NCBI GenBank assembly: GCA_965224465.1
Contig: OZ245049.1
Span: forward strand, 4,320,001 to 4,352,000
Direction of reading: 5' to 3'
DNA length: 32,000 nucleotides
Source: Flavobacteriaceae bacterium
GTDB lineage: Bacteria; Bacteroidota; Bacteroidia; Flavobacteriales; Flavobacteriaceae
Below are positions 26,242-32,000 of this stretch, piece by piece. Below the pieces are notes generated by a model, which did not search any database, was not told the origin of the DNA, and saw only the letters and a program-made list of their open reading frames with translations. The position numbers were made by a program, and so were the translations under genes. Each line of letters starts with the position of its first letter. Position 1 is the first letter of the stretch.

Positions 26242-27396
26242 TTATTCTCCTATTAAGTATCCTTCTTTAAAGTCAAAATTAATTTCTTCATGTGAAGTTG
26301 AATTGGTCAAGATGATGTCTCCAATTTTTAGGAGTCCGTAATAGGTTTGATTTACATCTTTTTTGTCCTTATCCTTTTCTACTCTAATGATTTTGTAGGC
26401 ATACAACATGTCTTTTACAAGATTACTTGTAGCGTTCATTGTTGGTCCATTGTTGAATTGTGTTTTAGCGTCTACAATGTCACCATTATTAAAGTAGTCT
26501 GTTGCAGTTACACCAGTAGGAAGTGTTATTTCAACAAATTCTAGTTTCATAGCTGTTGGAGCAATCACTTCAAAACCTAAAGGAGATACGTATTTAATTT
26601 CTCCATTCTTAGCTTCTTTATTTGTGAAACTGTATTCAGTACTTGTTGTAGAGACGAGGCCTTTATTTGTACTGCCCATTTCTTGTGCTACAATTGCAAT
26701 ACTGGTTTCTGTTACATCCATTAGAGAACCACTTTGAGCTGTAAATCGGTAATATAAAGTATCTCCAGCCACTAAACTGTATTCATTAACATAAGCGAAG
26801 TCTTTGAGATCTATTTTCATAAGATCATCATTAAATGTATAATTGCTGTCTTCGGCATAGGTTCCTAGTTTTCCTTTTTTCCATTCTACCATTAACTTGT
26901 CTATTTTTGCATGCTTGGTAAAAGTTTTAAAACTCACTATTTGAGAAGTGGTGTCCATGTATTTTACGCTTGCTTGTTCTTTATCCATTGTAATGGCATG
27001 TACAACTTCGATTGTATAATCATTGGTGTAAGTTTGTCCATTAGATAATGTAGAAAGAAAATCTACGCTAAAACTTCCCGTAGGTTCATCTGAATTTTCT
27101 CCAAAGATAAATGTACCTAAACTTGAAGAGCTAAAAGTAGCTGCAGCTCCATTAATGGATGCATCTGCTATTTTTGATCCACTTTTATTTACTGCTAGAC
27201 TACTTACGGTAGTACCCTCAGAAGTGATTAGTTCAATTTGCAGGTCTTCATTGGTGTCGAAAACACTGATTTTTGTATCTTTAAGAATGCTGTTTCCTCC
27301 GATATCTGCACCTTCTAGAGAATACTCCTCTTCATCACAAGAGTACATTCCAATAGTTAAGAATGCGAGTATTATATATTTTATATTATTTTTCAT
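26242..27396 (-). CDS. PUL-associated hypothetical surface lipoprotein (384 aa), candidate accessory binding protein
   Basis: Lipoprotein signal ...LTIGMYSCDEEEY. The protein is Ser/Thr/Asn-rich and looks beta-rich, with no enzyme motif recognised. It sits 11 nt downstream of susD in the same operon, the position usually held by SusE/F-like surface glycan-binding proteins. Confidence 0.6.
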   Translation of the reverse strand: MKNNIKYIILAFLTIGMYSCDEEEYSLEGADIGGNSILKDTKISVFDTNEDLQIELITSEGTTVSSLAVNKSGSKIADASINGAAATFSSSSLGTFIFGENSDEPTGSFSVDFLSTLSNGQTYTNDYTIEVVHAITMDKEQASVKYMDTTSQIVSFKTFTKHAKIDKLMVEWKKGKLGTYAEDSNYTFNDDLMKIDLKDFAYVNEYSLVAGDTLYYRFTAQSGSLMDVTETSIAIVAQEMGSTNKGLVSTTSTEYSFTNKEAKNGEIKYVSPLGFEVIAPTAMKLEFVEITLPTGVTATDYFNNGDIVDAKTQFNNGPTMNATSNLVKDMLYAYKIIRVEKDKDKKDVNQTYYGLLKIGDIILTNSTSHEEINFDFKEGYLIGE

Positions 27397-27407
27397 TATG
27401 AATGTTT

Positions 27408-28823
27408 TTAGTTGTTGTCCCAGAATATAGGGGTTGTTAATTTATCTCCTCCTATAGCAGTACTTGCTGCTTCGTAATTTGTTCCGTTACGTTGTGCTTC
27501 GTCTGCAGGGTAGGTGTAGCGTACAGGTACTTGTCCTTCGGCGCTTTTATGAGCGTCTTCAGGAGCTGTTAATGTTGGGACTCCAAATTGTCTCCAAGAG
27601 CTCCATCCTTCAAATCCTCTTGAGTAGAGTGCGATGTACTTTTGAATTCCAATAGATTGTTTCCAATTTGCAGCATCAAATGTTTGTGTATCTAAATATG
27701 CCTGTGCGTCTGCAGTAGGTACCCAGTAGTTTATGGATGCTTTAACACCGTTATTGTAATGTGTTGCTGCATCTGAAACATCACCAAGAGTTCTTGCTGC
27801 TGCCTCTGCTAATAAAAATTCAACTTCTGCATAATCAAATATGATTCCTTCAAAATCTGGTTTATGAAATATTTTTCCTAAATGCGTATATGAATTGTAA
27901 GAATTATTTCCTCCGTATGGCCCTCCTTTGTATGGTGATTTGTTATCTGCCATAAATGCGGTTGATCGTGGGTCGTTTAATGGAGCAAGTAAATCTACAA
28001 AGCTGTCAGATAATATTAAATCAGTCCTATTGCTTTGTACTAGGTTTTCCCACATTGGATTCGAATAAGGGTCAGAGGTTGTAAACATAAAAGCTGCATT
28101 GTCTTTGTTGGATTCGAATACACCTCCAGCAACTGCTTCTTTAATTTTTTGACTGTCCTTAGTTCTTAATGCCATTCTTAGTTTTAATGAATTAGCAAAC
28201 TTCATCCATAATTTCACGTTTCCTTTGTAAATAAAATCAGCATCACCAAAAGAATCAAAATTTCCATCCATCATTTTGATTGCATTGTCAAGTTTGATAA
28301 ATAAATCTGCGTAAATGGTTGCTGCGTCATCGTATTTAGGAGACGGGTTTGTTATATCTAATGCTTCGCTATAAGGAATATCTCCAAAAACATCTACTAA
28401 TACATGGTAGGTATATACTTGCATGATGGTAGTAATTGCTTTTTTGTTCTTATTTACTGGTAAGAGGGATGTTGCTAATGTCTCTTTTTCTGTATCTAAA
28501 ACTTTTTGTGTTTCTTTTAAGTCGTTTAATACATCTCTGTACATTCTGTCCCAGAACCCTCCAGGTACGTCACGTACACCAATGTCATAGTTTGCTTCAT
28601 CTGGATAGGTGGTTGCTGTCCAGTATTGTGCAAAATAGTTAAAGATATTTACATTAACGTTTTGCATTTTCATTGTTCGTACTAGGTTGCGTTGTCCGTT
28701 ACTGAATAACGTGCTGGCGGGTACCTTAGTGGCATTTTTTTCGTCTTTATTCCAATCGCTAAAGTCCGTTTGACAGGAGATAGTTCCAAGGATGATAAAG
28801 GCTATTAAAAGTATTTTTTTCAT
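27408..28823 (-). CDS. susD: SusD-like nutrient-binding lipoprotein of the divergent 'SusD-like_2' type (pair 4, 471 aa)
   Basis: Lipoprotein signal ...ILGTISCQTDFSDWNKD. The blocks NYFAQYWTATTYPDEANYD, FANSLKLRMALR, AEVEFLLAEAAAR and IQKYIALYSRGFEGWSSWRQFGVP differ from the classical SusD blocks of pairs 1-3. It starts 11 nt after the susC stop. Confidence 0.85.
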   Translation of the reverse strand: MKKILLIAFIILGTISCQTDFSDWNKDEKNATKVPASTLFSNGQRNLVRTMKMQNVNVNIFNYFAQYWTATTYPDEANYDIGVRDVPGGFWDRMYRDVLNDLKETQKVLDTEKETLATSLLPVNKNKKAITTIMQVYTYHVLVDVFGDIPYSEALDITNPSPKYDDAATIYADLFIKLDNAIKMMDGNFDSFGDADFIYKGNVKLWMKFANSLKLRMALRTKDSQKIKEAVAGGVFESNKDNAAFMFTTSDPYSNPMWENLVQSNRTDLILSDSFVDLLAPLNDPRSTAFMADNKSPYKGGPYGGNNSYNSYTHLGKIFHKPDFEGIIFDYAEVEFLLAEAAARTLGDVSDAATHYNNGVKASINYWVPTADAQAYLDTQTFDAANWKQSIGIQKYIALYSRGFEGWSSWRQFGVPTLTAPEDAHKSAEGQVPVRYTYPADEAQRNGTNYEAASTAIGGDKLTTPIFWDNN

Positions 28824-28834
28824 TTGATATGTTT

Positions 28835-31800
28835 TTAGAATTGAACTTTAAGGTTGATACCATATTCTTTTACTGCAGGGTATGCTCCTGATTGATATCC
28901 TTGGATATTACCTGAACTTAAGCCTGCTTCTGGATCTGAAAACGGAGTGTTTTTATGAATAATCCATACGTTTTTTCCTATGGCAGTTAATGTTAAGTTA
29001 GAAAGTTTTAATCGACTTATTATTTCTTTAGGTAAGCTATAGGATAATGATACTTCCCTTAGTTTTACATAACTTGCATCGTAGGTGTGTTCAGCATTTG
29101 TTGCATGTTTGTATCCCCATGGGTTGGCATAATAATCTGCTCGTACTCTTTTCGTATTCTGGTTGCCGTCTTTTAGAACTCCATTTAAAACAATTCCACC
29201 TCCGTTAGCAATGGTATTTCTTACAGGTTTTCCTAGATCGTTTGTGTATACTGTGTTGGCGTATACCCCTGTTGCATAACCATACCAGGTGTCAAGTGAA
29301 AATACATCTCCGCCTTTTTTTACATCAATTAAGAAGCTGAAATCCCAATTTTTATATTTGAAAGAGTTATTGATTCCTCCAATCCATTCTGGGTTGATGT
29401 CTCCTATGATTTCTTTATTTTTAGATTTTAAATAGTAACCATCTGCTCCAATAACTTTTCTTCCATTAGTATCAAAAACATAATTATATCCTTTGATTGT
29501 CCCGAAAGGTTCTCCTACGGTTGCGTTTATAGATACACCACCTTGAACGCTTGCTAATTGCAATTCGTTAACACCTCCGTATAATTTTATTACTTTGTTT
29601 GTGTTTTTTGCCCAGTTAATATTTACGTTCCATTTGAAATCATCTGTTTTTATAGGTGTTGCAAATAAGCTTACCTCAATACCTTTATTGGTCATCTCTC
29701 CTGCATTTACCCATTGAGAATTATATCCAGTGGCTGTAGAAACGGATACAGACATTATTTGATCCGTAGATTTTTTACTGTAAGCAGAAATGTCAAACCC
29801 TAATCTGTTGTCTACAAATTTCATTTCAAGACCTATTTCTTGTTCTTCTGAAAGCTCATCTCTTAGATTCGCGTTGTTTTTGGTATGAGGTAGCGAGTAT
29901 AGAGGGTTTCCTTTTAGGTTTCCTGTAGAGGTATATACGTCATATATTTGTAATGGACCTGCTGCATTTCCAGTTTGTGCAAAACCAGCTCTAAGTTTTC
30001 CGAAAGTTATAGTTTCTGATTCAAACAGGTTTGAAAAAACAAGACTTCCAGAAATTGAAGCGTAGCCAAATTTGTTGTCACCATTAGGTAGGGTAGATGC
30101 TTTCTCTTGTCTATAGGCACCTTCAATAAAATAGGTATTAAGGTATCCCAGACTTACGTTTGTAAATACAGAGTTTCTTCCGTATTCTGCTTTGTATTCA
30201 TACGGTGCCTTAGATAGTTCTTTACTATTACTTAAAGCGTAGAGTCTTGGAACTACCAATCCTCCTGTAGTTTTTGCACTGGTAGTCTCTGTATAGTGAC
30301 GCTCAATATTTGTTCCTATCAATCCTCTAACATTTAGCTTATCGTCAAAGAAATCTTTGTCAAAATTAAGGTATAAATCATAACTGTTATCTAAGACGTT
30401 TCTGAGTCTTTTTATGTATTCAGACGGGTCTACGGATCCTATAGCAATACGTTCTTCTTCAATAGAATTGTAGCTATCTAACGTAGCTCTTCCCATTATA
30501 TTTAACCAGTCGTTAATATCATAGCTTAAGGATACATGTCCGAAAACACGGTTTCTTTCATCGTTTTGAAAGTTTTCGTATCGGGTCCAGTATGGATTGT
30601 CAAAATATTTAGGTGTGTGATTGGTAGGGCTTTGAGGGTTCCAAGTAATGTTTTCTCTAGTTTTAAAGTATGCCGCTCTTTGATCTTTTAGATCTACGTT
30701 GGTTTGGTACCATTGTTTAAAAGATTGGTTTGGATTCCTAGCGTCATAACCTGTTCCGTATCTTCCTTTTCCTTTGTTATTTGTATAGGTTACTTTAGAA
30801 CTTATTTTTAACTTGTCCGTTAGGTTTAATGAGCCTCCAAATCCAATTGTATTCTTTTTGATAGAACTATTAGGAAGGATTCCAGATTGATTAAAGTTGG
30901 TGTATCCCAATCTGTAAGTGCTTTTTTCACCACCTCCAGAAAATGAAATGCTATTAACCGATGTTATTGCGGTTTCAAAAAAGGATAGCGGATTGTTCTT
31001 TGCAGCTGTCCATGGTCTTGGGATTCCGTAAGTATCTAGTTGTGGATAAAAAGAATCCCATTGGTATATAAGTAAACTAGGATCAAATGCCCTTCCAAAA
31101 GAGGCGTCTTCTGTATAAGGCACTACCAAGTCTTTAATCTTGTCTCCATTCATATCTATGTCTTCAAAATACCCCGTACTTCCATAATAGGCACCATATC
31201 CAGCTCCGTATTGGTCTTGGTATTCCGTGTAAGTGCTTTTGTCCATTTGACCAAAAGTAACACTTGAATTAAGGGTGATTCCAACACCTGAATTTTGTTT
31301 ACCTGATTTTGTTGTGATAATTACAACTCCATTGGCTGCTTGAGATCCGTATAAGGCAGATGCGGCTCCCCCTTTTAGAATGTTGATAGATTCGATGTCA
31401 TCTGGATTGATGTCTGAAGCTGCATTCCCGTAATCGTAACCACCACGGCCTTTTTGTTGATCCTTTGAGTTATTGTTACTATTGTTTATCAAAACTCCGT
31501 CAATAACAAACAACGCTTGATTATTTCCTGTTAGTGAACTGTTTCCACGAATTACAACATTTGTTGATCCTCCCATGGTTCCACTTGATTTAATTTGAAC
31601 CCCAGACACTTTTCCGGAAAGAGAATTCATAAAGTTAGCATCCTTTACTTTGGATACTTCATCTCCACTTACTTTTTGAGTTGAATATCCTAGAGATTTT
31701 TTATCTCTCGAAATTCCTAAAGCAGTTACAACAACTTCGTTTAAGACGTTTCCACCTGTTAAGGTTACGTTTATTGTTTTAGCTGCACCTACAGTAATAG

Positions 31801-32000
31801 ATTTTGAATCCATCCCAATATAACTAAATGTTAAGATGTCTCCTGGTTTTGCGGAAATCGTGTAGTTTCCATCAAAATCTGATTCGGAGCCTGTGGATGT
31901 TCCTTTGATATGAATACTAACTCCTGGCAGCGGTCCTGTTTCATCAGATACCGTTCCAGAAATTGTTTTTTCTTGCGCAAATGATAGTTGCACAATTAAC
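28835..32000 (-). CDS. susC: SusC/RagA-family TonB-dependent outer-membrane transporter (pair 4; 5' end outside the window)
   Basis: The frame is open to the window edge (...LIVQLSFAQEKTISGTVSDETGPLPGV...). The listed start is a GTG inside the signal peptide. The plug is LNEVVVTALGISRDKK, VIDGVLINN, INILKGGAASALYGSQAANGVVIITTKSG, and the barrel ends ...NLKVQF. Confidence 0.93.
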   Translation of the reverse strand, partial: LIVQLSFAQEKTISGTVSDETGPLPGVSIHIKGTSTGSESDFDGNYTISAKPGDILTFSYIGMDSKSITVGAAKTINVTLTGGNVLNEVVVTALGISRDKKSLGYSTQKVSGDEVSKVKDANFMNSLSGKVSGVQIKSSGTMGGSTNVVIRGNSSLTGNNQALFVIDGVLINNSNNNSKDQQKGRGGYDYGNAASDINPDDIESINILKGGAASALYGSQAANGVVIITTKSGKQNSGVGITLNSSVTFGQMDKSTYTEYQDQYGAGYGAYYGSTGYFEDIDMNGDKIKDLVVPYTEDASFGRAFDPSLLIYQWDSFYPQLDTYGIPRPWTAAKNNPLSFFETAITSVNSISFSGGGEKSTYRLGYTNFNQSGILPNSSIKKNTIGFGGSLNLTDKLKISSKVTYTNNKGKGRYGTGYDARNPNQSFKQWYQTNVDLKDQRAAYFKTRENITWNPQSPTNHTPKYFDNPYWTRYENFQNDERNRVFGHVSLSYDINDWLNIMGRATLDSYNSIEEERIAIGSVDPSEYIKRLRNVLDNSYDLYLNFDKDFFDDKLNVRGLIGTNIERHYTETTSAKTTGGLVVPRLYALSNSKELSKAPYEYKAEYGRNSVFTNVSLGYLNTYFIEGAYRQEKASTLPNGDNKFGYASISGSLVFSNLFESETITFGKLRAGFAQTGNAAGPLQIYDVYTSTGNLKGNPLYSLPHTKNNANLRDELSEEQEIGLEMKFVDNRLGFDISAYSKKSTDQIMSVSVSTATGYNSQWVNAGEMTNKGIEVSLFATPIKTDDFKWNVNINWAKNTNKVIKLYGGVNELQLASVQGGVSINATVGEPFGTIKGYNYVFDTNGRKVIGADGYYLKSKNKEIIGDINPEWIGGINNSFKYKNWDFSFLIDVKKGGDVFSLDTWYGYATGVYANTVYTNDLGKPVRNTIANGGGIVLNGVLKDGNQNTKRVRADYYANPWGYKHATNAEHTYDASYVKLREVSLSYSLPKEIISRLKLSNLTLTAIGKNVWIIHKNTPFSDPEAGLSSGNIQGYQSGAYPAVKEYGINLKVQF

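Noticed and set aside
8611-32000. An invertible-promoter or shufflon-type phase variation system, as described for some Bacteroides susC/susD loci.
   Set aside because: All units are co-oriented and the shared sequences are direct repeats, not inverted ones. No tyrosine or serine recombinase gene is present in the window. Only deletion, amplification or conversion are plausible, not inversion.

Overview
AT-rich chromosomal window from a Bacteroidota genome that looks Flavobacteriia-like. This is based on SusC/SusD gene content, lipoprotein and signal-peptide style, and the absence of Shine-Dalgarno-type leaders. Positions 1-8.3 kb hold ordinary housekeeping genes: a radC-like JAB protein (5' partial), a conserved 430-aa protein, a YjjG-like HAD hydrolase, a translationally coupled lipoprotein/beta-barrel/secreted-protein trio, rarA, a rhomboid protease and an rlmB-like SpoU methyltransferase. 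Positions 8.6-32 kb are a head-to-tail array, all on the minus strand, of four intact susC/susD (TonB-dependent transporter plus surface lipoprotein) pairs. Each completed unit ends in a strong intrinsic terminator, and no CAZyme or regulator gene lies between the pairs. The junctions between pairs are the most interesting part. A long AT-rich non-coding leader with no ORF is conserved upstream of three susC paralogs. The susC 5' ends are homogenised in a mosaic pattern. Two decayed IS transposase remnants (ISL3/ISAon1-like and IS256-like) and an orphan SusD C-terminal fragment with its own terminator mark a destroyed fifth pair. Separately, a roughly 150-bp structured intergenic repeat occurs at two housekeeping junctions. 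I saw no CRISPR array, tRNA/rRNA gene, recognisable defence system or toxin system. All family assignments come from motif recognition by eye and need HMM/BLAST confirmation.
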